DNA of 64,000 bases. It comes from Geosiphon pyriformis uo1 (taxonomy: Eukaryota > Fungi > Glomeromycota). The notes under the pieces were generated by a model, which saw nothing but the letters and a program-made list of their open reading frames with translations, was not told the DNA's origin and made no database searches. Shown one piece after another: positions 14,121 through 27,828 of this stretch; the stretch's first letter is position 1; each line of letters begins with the position of its first letter. The stretch lies in NCBI GenBank assembly GCA_016748015.1, contig JAAOMT010000003.1, positions 562,373 to 626,372 on the forward strand, given 5' to 3'. The position numbers were made by a program, and so were the translations under genes.

Positions 14121-14952
14121 TGTTACAAGTGATTATTTGGGAGTCTCAAACAAATAACAAACTCATAACTTGGTGCTTGATTGATATTTTTGGCATTGGT
14201 ATTTGAAGGTTTTATTGATCTGAAGATTTTGTTGTGGAGTTCTTTGTATAATGGACAAAGATTCAATAGTTGTTTCCATAGCCTCCCAGAATTGCAATTC
14301 TATCAAATTTTTTTCTCAGCGTGGTGGCCGGTAATCCTCCTGGTAAGCTATCCTTAAATCTATGAGTGTTCTACTCTTGTTTCACAGGTCTTTTACCAGT
14401 CCCTATAATGTCTGTATCTAAATGCTTAATTCTTTAATCAATTAGTAAATAACAACAAAAAAATAAATAAAAATAAAAGAAATAAAAAATAAGCCAAGGT
14501 AATAATGGTTAGTATCCTGTCAATAGCTGTGATCAAGAACTATTGTTCCAGTATAGTTAAGTATCAATTACTATTAACATGAAGTATTAATAGTGGAAAG
14601 TGGAGTGAGATAGTGAATAATTATTTATTGGTAAATGGAAAGATTGCTTAGATTAAATCTAAACTGAAAGGTCTGTCTTTTTTACTTCTAATGCTACTAC
14701 TATATATACATAATTGAGATTCTTCAATTCCTCAATTCTTTACACCAGGAATCCTGGAATTTCTGGAATTCTGCAATTCCTTTGAGAAGAATTCTGGAAT
14801 TCTGGAATCCTGCAATTTTTTGTACAAGAATCTTGTAATTCCTGGAATTCTGCAATTTCTCTGAAAGGAATCCTGGAATTCCATATTTACTACAACTACT
14901 TCTGATTGGCTAATTTATATACTAATATACTTCCTATATTTTATGAGTAACA
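14121..14952 (-). repeat. Solo LTR (family B variant) inserted in G1 gag
   Basis: TGTTAC...GTAACA termini; 4-bp TSD ATGC/ATGT; gag (FKDAFLQQF region) resumes on the far side; internal GGAATTCT-type tandem array at about 14720-14880. Confidence 0.88.
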
Positions 14953-16576
14953 ATGTTTTTCTAAAACAGTTTATTAACAATAATACTTCAATTACACTCC
15001 AATATCAATTTTAAAATATTAAACAAGAATTTTTTAAATCTTTTATAATCTATTTTAAGAAGTTTAACAAATTTTTTAGATGAATTTGCTAATTGAAAAC
15101 CAATAATTATTACTTTAATGCTCAAATTTTAGATCAATTTATTGCTGAACTAAAAGATAATCTTATTAAAAAAATTTGTTTATATGCTTTAAAAAATTTA
15201 ATTACAGTCATTCAATATTCTAAGACCTATAAAATAATTATAAAAAAAATTAACTGCATAAAACTTGTCAATCTAACCATTAAAAAAACTAGTTTGGCAG
15301 CTGAAAAAAAAATTAACCAACTAACTAAAAAAATTAAAAACTATTTTACAAATTAACAATAGTAACAACAAAAATATTAGTTATTTCAATAATACAATTA
15401 AGACAATTATTTATTATTATCAAACAGTTAAAATTAAAACAGCTATTATTGTAGAATTTTAGGACATTAAAAACAAAATTGCCAAAAAATACAATAAAAT
15501 TAACAACAAATAAATAATTAATATTATTCTTAATCATAACAGTTTTTACTATTAATTTTTACTATCAATATATTATTATTAAGATTTTAATACTAAAACA
15601 ACTATTATGCACTTGCTTCACAACCAATATAGTAATAATATCAAAAATTTTTATAAAATACATTATATTAATTTTTACTTACTTAATAATATCAAATATC
15701 TGTTAGATGATTGGTTTAACAAAATCAATTTATATTACAAAATCAGTTTTTTAATAACAACAAAATAAATCCAAACAATTAATTAGTTTTTTAAAACTCA
15801 GTTTAACAAAAATTTACATATTATTACACTTAATTTAATTATTTCATAATGCCAAAAGAATCAAATTTTCAACAAACTGCATTTTTTAAAAATAAAGCTA
15901 TAGCACTAAAACAAAACTTTTTCAATAATAACTACATAATTCTATTAGCCAAAATTGTTAAAAAAGTTAATCTTTTAAATATTTTTTTATTCAAATTTAA
16001 AACAAATAAATTATTATTTTTGCTTAACAATATAGTTATTATGAAACAAAAAATAATTACTGCTATATATACTAAAGCAAAAGTTGAAGAAAAACCAATT
16101 TAATTAATTTTAGACAATAGATTTACTAAAAGTATTATTACTTACTAATTAATACAACAGTTTAAGTAAAACATTAATAGATCTGCTTAAACAGTTATTA
16201 TTATAATAAATAATATAAAAAAAATTCTAGTTAGAGAAATTAACAATTAATAGAATTACTATTTTAATTAAAAGCTTAATTATAAATGTATTTTAATATC
16301 AAGTTCTAGTTAAAAATAATTGGCTTCTATAAACTAATGCAAATTTAAATTGAAAAACTCAAGAATTAAAGATCTTATACCAAGAATAATATACTAAAGT
16401 ATTTGTTACTTATAATACTTTTAACAAATGATTCAAAAAAGTCTCAGTATTTAAATTTGAAAAAGAAAAAAAAACCAATTACCAAAATTTACATAGCTTT
16501 TGAATTAATATCTAATTGGGCTAAAAAAACAAAATAGCTATTCAAAACACTTATATTATAACTAATATTATTATGG

Positions 16577-17548
16577 TGTTATTGGAGGTTTTTGGTCTCT
16601 TTTCTTAAATGTTGTTAATGTCTGTTTTACTGTAAATTCATGTTTTTTGAAAGTAGTTGAATCTCCAATAACTGAATTTGTCTTTAAATTATCTCTTATA
16701 ATTTAAACTGCTGGGCTTATAAGTGGAATGACCAATTCTATACCAGTTATTTTATGTAATTACATTGTAGTAAACATTAACTTATTTCCAAGAATTGTTT
16801 GTCTGAAAGCTCACTAAAATGTGTAGTTACTTTGCTGTAAAAGTTAATTCTTCTACAGAAATCTTGTTTGTAGGCTATCCTAATAATTATAATAAAAAAA
16901 GTAAAAAAAATAAAAGAAATGTAAAAGAAATAGAATTTTTTTAAGAGAAACGTTTTCTATTTAGGCCTGAAGTCACTAACAAATTATTGAAATTGGTAGC
17001 TAATTAATTTCAAAATATTAGTTGGAGTTTTTTTTTTGTGAATTTTAAGTATAATAATTAAGAATTTGGTTTTTGAATATTTTAATTTTTATTTGATTTT
17101 GTAAAAGTGTATAAGAGATAATTTGTTCTAATTAAGATATCTAAAATAAGATACTATGATAAGATACATTTTACTAAAGAGAGAAGCTTTTTTTTTTACA
17201 ACTTGTTATAATACTAGTTTTTAAATTTGCACTTTTTTCTTTGCTATAATTTTTGCAAACTAAAGATACATTTCAGCAAATTACAAGTTATTTCTACAAA
17301 TTATTGATTATTTCGGCCAATTTCTGCTAATTTTGACGAATTTTTAAATATTAAATAGTTTAGAATATTATGTAATTTAATCATCTTAATTTCTATAGTA
17401 CAAATTGAGTTATTAATTAAATAATAATATTTGATAATTTGATTAAATAATAAGTGATAATTGAAATAATAATAATATATACTAATTAATAATAAGAATT
17501 ATAAAGGTAATTTTATGTTAATTAATAGCTAAAATTCTACTGGTAATA
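16577..17548 (-). repeat. G2 3' LTR
   Basis: TGTTATTGGAGG...CTGGTAATA; direct repeat of 56271-57242; PPT adjacent. Confidence 0.92.
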
Positions 17549-18236
17549 TAATCTTCTTCTTAAGACTAAGCTTTATTAAAGTTCAAGTACTATTTGTAAT
17601 ATTAAGATAGTAGTCCAAAATAATTGAAGTGATCTGATCTGAAAATTGTTGAAATTTCAGTTCTGTAAACTTTTCAATGTACTGAATCTTTATTGGATAA
17701 AGTATTGGGTTTTGTAAAATGTTTTCACAAGTATTGAATAAATCATAATGTTTAAAAGTTGCTCTAAGTTTGTAGCAAGTGTTTGTTGATCCAGCTGCTG
17801 TCTTAAATTCATTGTGAATTTGTTTTTGTATAGCTTAAAGAGTAATATTTGTTGCTTTAAGTTCTAGTTTTCGTACATAAAGTGTTTTTTCAATATGAAA
17901 ATATCTATAGATAAGAGTATATTTATTGTTTTGTTTATTAAGAAATAGTAGAAGTTTTTGTTAAATTGTGGTATTTGGTAAAATGTTAATAGAAACAAAT
18001 AAAAGGTTTTCTTTTAAAGCTTGCTTTAAAAGTTTTAATAATTGACTTTCAGAATAATTTTTTATGTTTTTTCTATAAAAGTGATAGTTCTGTAAATTGT
18101 TTACTACTGGAGCTGTAGTTTCTTTCTGAATATAATAAATTTGACTTTTATTAATTATTATAAATAAGTCAAGAAGTGTTTTTAAGACTAACATTAATTT
18201 TTAAAATATTTGCTGAATATTTTAGGGAATAATTAT
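17529..18236 (-). pseudogene. G2 ORF3 homologue
   Basis: Colinear with G4 ORF3 (LKTLLDLFIIINKSQIYYIQKETTAPV). Confidence 0.8.
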
Positions 18237-21200
18237 AATAAATGGCTAATTAATAAATAAAATTTTGAAAAAGAATAAAAAAAATTATTTTTGAATATAA
18301 AGTTTTATTTGTTTTTGAGTTTGAGTGTTTTTTGTAATTATTTATTATTTTTGTTTTTTGTTTTGTGTATATTTAAAGAAATTATTGTAAAAATATTAAA
18401 TTAAGTATTTAAATTTGGTTATTGTTTTATTATAACTATTTGTTTTAAATTTTAAAGAATATCTTTAGGATTAATTAAAGAGGAATGTATACTATTTTGT
18501 AGAATTAATGGTTTAGGATTGTTTCTGAAATAATAGTGTTTCAATTGATTTTTATGTGCAATTTTTGCTAATACTTTGTTATTAAGTCTTAATTTGTATA
18601 ATTCATTGCCTAAAATTTTGTGAATATAAAATGGTCCATCTCATTTATGATTAAATTTTCTACTCCATTGTTTTTCAGTCTTAGTTCTGTGTAAGAGAAC
18701 TTTATTTTCAACTTTAAATTCATTGGAAGCTGGTGGTAGTTTGTTGTTATGCTGTTCTTTTTGTTAAGCTTAAGAATATTCAATATAAGTTGTTGCTATT
18801 TGTTATTTTTTTTTCAAATGTTGAGCAGGATGTAAGCTCTTTGTTAAAGTGTTTTTTAGAAGTTATTTTTAGTAATTGGTTGTACAGAATATGTTTTCAC
18901 TGTAAAATTAATTGGTAATATTGCTATTCTTTTATAAGTTAAATTAAATAATATGTGCTTTGTTGTATCTTGTTTTAGTGTTCTATATGTTAATAATACT
19001 GATGAAATAAAAATATCCTATTTCTGCTTAAAATTGGTTAAGACTTTGGCTAATAATTCACATAATGTTCTGTTAAAACATTTTATAGGTCTATTTGTTT
19101 GTGAATAATAGGATAATAATAAAGATCTTTTGATATTGAATCATTCACAAATTTTTTGTATTAGGTTGTTTACAAAATGTGTTTCTTGATTAGATAAAAG
19201 TTCAATTGGGCATTTATGTCTACAAATAATGTCTTTATAAATGAAATTTGCTACTGATTTTGCATTTGCTTTTTGAATGACTCTAGCTTTAAGCCATTTG
19301 GTAAGATAATCTATTGCAACTACAATATAACAATTTTTTTGGATTGTAATAGGTAATGGTCTGACTAAATTAATTCCAACTTTGTTAAAAGGTTGTCCAA
19401 CTTTAATTGGATTTAAAGATTCCATAAGACAAGTTCTTTCTCTTTTTTGACAACTATTACAAGATTCTACATATTGTTGAATGTCTTTTTGCATGTGGAA
19501 CCAAAAATAATGTTCAAGAATTCTTTGAATTGTTCCATCTTTTCTCAAATATACTAAAAAAAAATTTGTGTACATGTTGTATAGAATTGTTTCTTTTTTA
19601 TTTTTTTGTACTAATCTGACTGGTTGGTTTGGATTTTTGTAATTTTTATAATAAATTTTGTTATAGTGTATGAAATTTTGTTTTGATTAATATTGTAATC
19701 AATGTTTTTTACTTGAAAACCAATTTTCTGGCATGGTAAAAGTCTCTAAATAGTTTTTAATATTGTTGTAATTTCTGAGATCTATTGTTGTTTGATTATC
19801 TTTGTTGATAAGTTGGTAAGTTGTGGTAAAATTGCTGTTGGTATTAATCTTGTCTTATTTTTGAAAGATTATCAACATTAGTGTGTAGTTTTCCTGGTTT
19901 GTAATATACAATATACTTGTAGTCTGCTAGGAAATTATTCTATTAAGACTGTTTGATATTTTGTTCAGTTTTTTTTTATTGAGCCATTTGAGGCCAATAT
20001 TGTTAGTTATAATATTAAATTTTTTTCTGTTTTTCAGATATTGTTAAAAGTGCTTAAGAGCCCAAATGACTCTAGCAGCTTCTAATTTTGTTGAGCCATA
20101 TTTGAGTTCAGTTGGTTTAAATGTTCTACTGGCATAAACAATGACTTGCTTCTGGCTATTTTTATCCAATTGTAATAAGATAGCACCAAATACTATGTGT
20201 GAAACATCAATGGCTAGTTGAAACTATTTGTTGAAATTGGATAAGCAAGAACTAGTTGTCAATTTTGTTTTAAGAGTTTCAAAGACTTTCTGTTGTTTTT
20301 TAGTCTATTAATATGGCACATTTTTGTTGGTAAAATAATTGAGTGGTTTGGCAATTTCTGAAAATTTTTTTATGAATTTCTGATTATAGGAGGCTAATTC
20401 TACAAATTCTTATAGCTCTGTAGTATTTTTGGAAGTTTAAAAGTTTTTAACAGCACTGATTGTTTCAGAATTTGGTTTAACTTTATTTTTGCTAACAATA
20501 TGTTCAAGAAAAATTAAACTTGTTTTTTTAAAATAACATTTCTCAATATTTAACTTCAATTCTATTTTCTGTAATTGTTGAAAAACTTCTTGTAGGTAAA
20601 TAAAATAAGCTTCAAAGCTTTGTGAGTACACATTAGTGTTATCAAAATAGACAACTACTAATTGTCATAAAAGTCCTTTATATACAATATCTATGAGTTA
20701 TTGAAATGTTGCTAATATATTGCAAAGTCCAAAAAACATAATATTGAATTCATAGTTTTTTTCTTAAGTAGTAAATACTGTTTTGAAGTGATTCTTTGAA
20801 TCCATTTTAACTTGTCAGTATCCACTTTTCAAGTTTAAAGTTAAGAAAAACTTGGCTTTTTCTAGAGCATCTAGCATGTCATCAATTTTTGAAGAAAATA
20901 AGCATTTCTAATTATTACACTGTTCAATTGGCAATAGTCAATGCAAAATCTGATTTTTCTGTTTTTTTTTTAATTAAAACTACTGGTGAAGCCCAAAAAT
21001 TTCTTGATAGTTGAATTAATCTGTTATTAAGCATTCTTTGGACCTCTTCTCTAATAAATTGGTGGCTAGAAAATAAAACTTAATAAGCTTGTTGCTGTTT
21101 TAGTAGAGCATCTTCTGTATGTATTTGGTGTTGAATAATATTTGTTTTTCCTAAATTATTGTTGTTTTTTGCAAATATATTAGCAAATTTAACTATTAGC

Positions 21201-21515
21201 TGTTTCAATTGTTTTTGTTATTAAGATTCTAAGAAACTTATGTTGATTTAAAAGAGTTTTTCTTTCAAAAAGTAGTAGTTTTTAATAGTAAGAGTGACAT
21301 TTGGATTTGAAAGTAGATTATGTCTTATAATTTCAATAAAATTAGAAACAATCTGAGGGTTTTTATCTTGAAAGATATTGCTATATATGATTCCAATTTC
21401 TAATTTATTTAATAGTACAATGGAATAGTTGTTGGGATTGTAAAATATAACTCAAAATTTCTTTATTTTTTTTGAAATATAAATGTTTAGGATTGAAATT
21501 TCATGCTTTAAACAG

Positions 21516-22474
21516 TATTACAGATGATTATTTGGAGTCTTAAATCAAATAACAAACCAGTAATTTAGTGCTTAATAGCTAATATAATTGGTAATGTCTG
21601 AAGATTTTGGTGTCTAAAGATTTTGGTTGAGTTTTTTGTATAATAAACAGAGATTTAAGTGTTGTTTTCTTTTAGTAACATTTCAAGTATTAACTTTTAG
21701 GTTAATGTGTTTTGTTATTTGTTACTTCTCAGAATTGCAATTCTGTTAATTTTTTTCTCAACATAGTGGCCAGCAATTTCCTGGTAAGCTATTCTTAATT
21801 ATGAGTGTCTACCCTTATTTCTGGGTCTTTTACTAGTGCTATATTTTGACATCAATACCTCCACATATTAATCAATTAGTAAACAATAAAAAAGAAAATA
21901 AAGAAAGAAAAGAAAAAAGAAAATAAAAAAAATAAAAAAAATAAGCCAAGACAATAGAAAGTTAGTATTCTATTAATAGCTGTGATCAAGAGCTATTGTT
22001 CTAATGTAATCAAGTATTGAATACTATCAATATAAAGTGTTGATAGTGGAAAGAGTGATTTAGATGGTGAATAATTATTTATTAATATTAATGATTTTAA
22101 CTAAAATGTGTTTTAATGGGGAATCTTGGTATTGATTTTATTCTGTCTAATCTGTTTTTTCTGCTTTTAATGTTCTTGCTATATATACATAATTTGGGTT
22201 CTACAAAATCACTCATATTCCTGAGCAATGTACTATAATTTTTTAAGCAATGCTCATACTACTGAGCAATATACTCTAATTTTTTAATATTGTTCTATAT
22301 TGCTAAACAATGTGCTATAATTTTCTGATAATGCTCTACATTGTTGAGCAATGTGCCATAATTTCTGACAATACTCCATATTGTTAAACAATATACTCAC
22401 ATGTTAACTACTATTTTTTTATTGGTCTATCTGTTTTTTCTACTATTTTTTTGTATGTTTTTTTATGAATAACA
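21516..22474 (-). repeat. G3 3' LTR
   Basis: Matches 50396-50649 + 51597-52301; GAGCAATGTGC-containing tandem array at about 22220-22400; PPT follows. Confidence 0.9.
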
Positions 22475-23120
22475 TTATTTTCTCTTTTTAATATTGAGCT
22501 CTATTGAAATTTTTATTTTGAATTAAGTTTATAACTTCTCTTTTTAATACCATTTGTTTGACTCTGTTTCTTATATTTTCGATTTGTGCATTATTTATTC
22601 TTCCTTATTGGTTAATGGTTATTGTTTCTATGTTAAAGTGTAACAATATTTCTGAGTAGTTTTGAAATATCATATGTAATTAATAGATTGTTCTAATGTG
22701 TAATGTCAGATTTGTTTTCTTTTCAATAATGTCTTCAATATTCTGTATTATTTCTTGATTAAATATTCTTTAGGCTTTGTCAAGATATAATTTCTGAATA
22801 TTCAACTTTTGTTCTAATTGATAGTAGTAGTATAATATTGGAAGTTGTTCTATCTACTGTTTCCAATTTTTTTTGAAAGTTCTTCTGTTAGAATCATGAT
22901 GGGTATTTTTCCAAAAGTGTTTTTTACTTTTTCTACTATTTTATCTGACCAGTTTTTTGGTTAGTTATGTAGTTGCTGATATAATATACTTTTTTTTTTG
23001 CTTGGTGTTTTTATAGTAAATTGTTTGGTGGTTTATGGTAATTTCTATGTTCAATTGTTGTTAATTTAAGGTCTAAAATAATTGTTAAGCTAAAATGTGG
23101 ATATAATTTGGTATTTTCAT
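22475..23120 (-). pseudogene. G3 ORF3 homologue
   Basis: MKIPNYIHILA*QLF*TLN*QQLNIEITINHQTIYY aligns with the ORF3 N-terminus. Confidence 0.7.
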
Positions 23121-26029
23121 TTTTTTTGGTTCTTTTGTCACATATATTATGTCCTTATATATTCTTTTGGTCAATTAATTTAATGTATTTGATTCAATGA
23201 TTATAATCGATTCCAGATTTTGTGAGATCTTATCTGGTTAGACTAATATTCATTGTACTCTTAGTTATGAAATATTATTGGTAGATAATAATACTATATT
23301 GTAATATGGTTTTAGTTGATCACCATGTATTGTTTTAACTAAAATTTTGTTGTTCTATCTTAATTTATAAGCTCTATTTTCTAGAATTTCTTCTATGTAA
23401 AATGGTCTGTTCTATTTGAGATCAAATTTTCTACTCCATTGTTTTTCCACTTTGGTATAATATAAAAATACTTTGTTTTCAATTTTAAATTCAACTGGTT
23501 TGTCTGATAATTGGTTATTATGTTATTTTTTTTGTTTTTTTTATGACTTTTGAATATTATCAGCTGTTTTTTGTCTTTTGTTTTCTAATGTTTTCATTAG
23601 TTTGTATGTTTTTCTCAGCAATGTTCTTTGAAAATTGGCTTCATTTATTGGTTCTATTAGATATGTATTGACTTTTATTTTAACTGATAATGTTGTTGTT
23701 TTACTATAAACAAATTCAAATGGTGTTGCCTGTGTGATATTCTACTTCATTGTTTGATAAACAAATAGTACTAATAGTATAAACAAATTCCATTTATTCT
23801 GGTTTTTTTGGCTGATTTTGGCAATTGTTTCACACAATATTCTGTTGAACCTTTTCACTAAACTGTTTGTTTGTGAATAATATGATAATAATAATGGTCT
23901 CTTAATTCCAAATTTTTGGCTTAATTTTGTTAATGTTCTGTTTACAAAATGAGTTTTTTGATCTGATAACAATTCTTTTGGACATTCATGCCAACAAATT
24001 AAATCTTGGTAAATAAATTCAGCTACAAATTTTGCATCTGCTCTTTGAATTGCTTTTGCCTCTGGTTATTTGATAAGATAATTTATACTGCTATATAACA
24101 ATTGCTTTTGCTGATTATTGTTAATAGTCTGATTAAGTCAATTTCAATTTTATCAAATAGTTGTTTTACTTTAATTGGTCTTAGTAGTTTGCTGGGTCTT
24201 GTTTCTCCTCTTTTTTGACAAGTATTACAATTTTAAATGTATTGGATGATGTTTGAATACATTAATAACCAATAATATTTTTTTCTGGTTCTTTCTATGG
24301 TTGTTTTTTTATAAAAGTGTCCTACTATTAGCTCTGAGTATATGTTGTATAGTATTGTTTATTTCTTTAATTCTGTAATTACTCTGAATGGTTAATCTGA
24401 ATTCTTTCTGTTTTTTTGATATAATATATTTTAGTAGGTGATAAAATATTTGGATTGTTGTTTTATGTTGTTCTGTTTCTTTGGAGATAATTTCTCCTTA
24501 AACTGTTGGGTATTAATATAGTGTTGAAGTTGTTGATATTTTTGTGTATTTATCTTTTGTTATATTATTTTGGGTTGAAATGTTCTTAGATTTGTTTTAT
24601 TCACAACAAACTATTAACATTTCTGTTTTTTTTTCTTTTTTTGTAATGTACTATATATCTAAATGGTAAAAGTTTTATTTTCCATCTAGTATAACAGTTA
24701 TTTCTGAATTTTTGCTTCTGGATTGATGTCAATTCTTTGTGATTAGTGTAGATATTGAATTTCTAGCTTAAGTATTCTTTTTATTTTATGACTGCCTAAT
24801 AGATAACTAAGTGTTTTAATGCTAGTGTTCTATAATTCTTTTTGGCTAAACTTAAACTTTGGCTAGTGTATGCTACTGGGTGTTCTCTTCCATCTGTTTT
24901 TTTTGCAATTATACTACTCCTAATGCTTAACCTAATACATCAATAGTAATAATGAATGGCTTACTGTAGTCTGAATAGATTAATATTGGTGCTTAGATGA
25001 GTTTTCTTCTTAAAATGTCAAAAGCTTGTTGTTCTTCAGTTCATTTGTATTTCACATTCTTGGCTTGAAGCTGGTGGAGTGATTGTGCCAATTTAAAGAA
25101 GTTTTGGATAAAGTGGTGATAATATTCAGCGAATTCCAAAAATGTTTGTAGTTCTGTCAAATTTGTTGGTACTGGAAAGTTTTTGACAATTTCAATCTTG
25201 TTTAGATCTGTTTTAATGTCATTTTTGCTCATAACATGTTCTAGAAATTTCAATTTTGTTTTGCTAAAAAAACACTTGGTTGTATTCAGTTTTAATCTTG
25301 CTCTTCTCAACTTCTCAAACACTTGTTAAAGATGATGCAAATAATCATCAAATGCTTTTAAGAACACATTAATGTCATTCAAATATACAACTACTGATTT
25401 CTATAACAGTCTAGTATAAACAATTTTCATAAGTTGTTGAAATATGACTGGAGCATTGATTAAGCCAAATAGCATAACTTCAAATTCAAAATTCTTTTCT
25501 TTGGTAGTAAACATGGTTTTTTTTTTGTTAGCTAAATTTATGGCTACCTGCCAGTAACTACTATCTAGATTCAATGTTAAAAACCATTTTTTTTTTCTGA
25601 AAGCATCAAATAATTTTTGAATTTATGAAGTGAAATAGCTGTTTCCACAAGTTATACCATTAAGTTTTTTATAATCTATACAAAAGTGAATTTTTTAATT
25701 TTTCTTATAGATTAGTATCACTGGTAACAACCATAAACTCATTGATGGTTGAATTAACCCATTGTCTAATATTCTGTTGATTTTTTGTCAGATTATTTCA
25801 TAGCTTACTAATAGTACTCTATATGTTTTTTGTTTAATTAGCATTGCATCTTTAGTCTTGATCTAATGTTAGATAATGTCAGTTCTACCAAATTTATTTT
25901 CACTTGTGAAGATATCAGTAAAATTGTTGAGTAACATCTTAAGTTGCATTTTTTAAAGTGGGTTTAAATTTTTCAAGTTCATTTTTTCCAATTGTTCTGG
26001 TTGGAGCAAATAACATTTTTCTTGTCCAT

Positions 26030-26998
26030 TGTTACCGGAGGTTTTTGGTCTCTTTTTTTAAATGTTGGTAATGTTGATTTGCTGTGAATTCACGTTTTCA
26101 GGAAGTAGTTGAACCTCCAATAACTGAATTTATCTTCAAATTATCTTCTATAATTTGAACTGCTGGGCTTATAAGTGGAATAGCCAATTTCTTGCCAGTT
26201 ACTTTATGTAGTTACGTTGTAATAAATGTCAACTCTTTCCCAGAAATTGCTCGTCTGGAAGCTCACTAAAATTATGCAGTTACTTTGCTGTGAAAGTCAA
26301 CTCTTCTACAGGAATCTCGTCTGTAGGCTACCCTAATGATTGTAATAAGAAAAGAAAAGAAAAATAAAAGAAATGTAAAAAAAATAGAATTCTGTTAAGG
26401 GAAACGTTTTTTATCCAGGCCTGAAGTCACTAACAGTTTACTGAAATTGGTAGCTAATCAATTTCAAAATGTTAGTTGGGTTTTGGGGATTTTCCAAGTG
26501 CAATAATTAAAGAACTTGGTTTTTTAAATTATTTGATATTTATTTTTTTGTGTGTATAGAAATGGTTCTAAGTGATAAATCTAAAGTAAGATACATTTTC
26601 CAGAAGAAAAAAGCTCTTCTTTTATACAACTTGTTGTAGTACTAGTCTATGAACTTGCACTTTTTCTCTTTGCTCAAATTTTGGCGAACTAAAGATACAT
26701 TTTGATGAACTATAAGTTATTTCGCTGAACTATTGATTAATTTGAGTGAACTATTCATAATTTCGGCGAATTTCTGTAAATTTCGGCGAATTTTTGAATG
26801 TTATAAAGTTCAGAGTATTGTGTAATTTGATCATCCTACTTTCTGTTATACTAATTAGATTATTTTAATTGAATTGTGATATGTGATAATTGATTAAATA
26901 ATAAATGATAATTTGAAATGATATTAATATACTAATGAATTATAGGAATTATAAGAGTAATTTCATGTTAATTAATAGCTAAAATTCTACTGGTAACA
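26030..26998 (-). repeat. G4 3' LTR (969 bp)
   Basis: TGTTACC...GGTAACA inverted termini. Confidence 0.95.
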
Positions 26999-27686
26999 TA
27001 ATCTCCTCCTCAAGACTGAGCTCCGTTGAAGTCCAAGCACTATCTGTAATATTGAGATAGTGATCTAAAATAATTGAAGTAATCTGGTCTGAAAATTGTT
27101 GAAATTTCAGTTCTGTGAGTTTGCCAATGTATTGGATTTTCATTGGTTGTAGTATTAGATTTTGTAGAATATTTTCACAAGTATTAAACAAGTCATAAAG
27201 TCTAAGAGCTGCTCTTAGTTTGTAGCAAGTGTTTGTTGGTCCAGCTGCTGTTTTGAATTCATTGTGGATTTGTTTTTGTATAACTTCAGGAGTGAGATTT
27301 GTTGCTTCAAGTTCCAGTTTTCATTCATAAAGTGTTTTTCCAATTTGAAAGTATTTATAGATAGGGGTGTGTTCATTGTTTTGTTCATTAAGAAGTAGTA
27401 GAAGTTTTTGTTGCATTGTAGCATTTGGTAAAATGTCAATAGGGACAATTAAAAAATTTTCTTCTAGTGCCTGCTTCAAAAGTCTTGGTAATCTATTCTC
27501 AGAGTGACTTCTTGTTTTTTTTCTATAGGGGTGATAGTTCTGTAAATAATTTGCTACTGGGGCTGTGGTTTCTTTCTGAATGTAATTAATTTGACTTCCA
27601 TTGATCGTTATAGATAAGTCAGGAAGTGTTTTCAAGGCTAACATTAATTTTTGGAATATTTGTTGAATATTTCGGGGAATAATCAT
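26979..27686 (-). pseudogene. G4 ORF3: ~235-aa protein of unknown function, one premature stop
   Basis: Track ORFs 27686-27321 and 27191-26979 are in one frame with an open frame between; the single TGA (27321-27323) is CGA in G2; homologues in G2, G3 and G5. Confidence 0.85.
27002..27011 (-). promoter_or_regulatory. G4 polypurine tract (GAGGAGGAGA)
   Basis: Purine run 3 nt before the TG of the 3' LTR. Confidence 0.85.
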
Positions 27687-27828
27687 GATAAAATTAACTA
27701 ATTATGAAAAGAAAGAATAAAGAAAATGATTTTTGGATATGGGGTTTTTATTTGTTTTTGGGTTTGGGTGTTTTGTAATTATTTACTATTTTTGTCTTTG
27801 TGTTTTTATTAGAGAATTATTGTAAAAT

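Noticed and set aside
22220-22400. CRISPR-like spaced repeats (also about 14720-14880, 39415-39500, 52030-52230)
   Set aside because: Degenerate tandem units inside LTRs, no unique spacers, no cas genes, eukaryotic context.
26030-26998. Canonical CpA-specific RIP
   Set aside because: Hand-counted LTR differences are spread over all CpN contexts.
26979-27686. ORF3 as an env gene
   Set aside because: Short and hydrophilic, with no visible signal peptide or transmembrane anchor.
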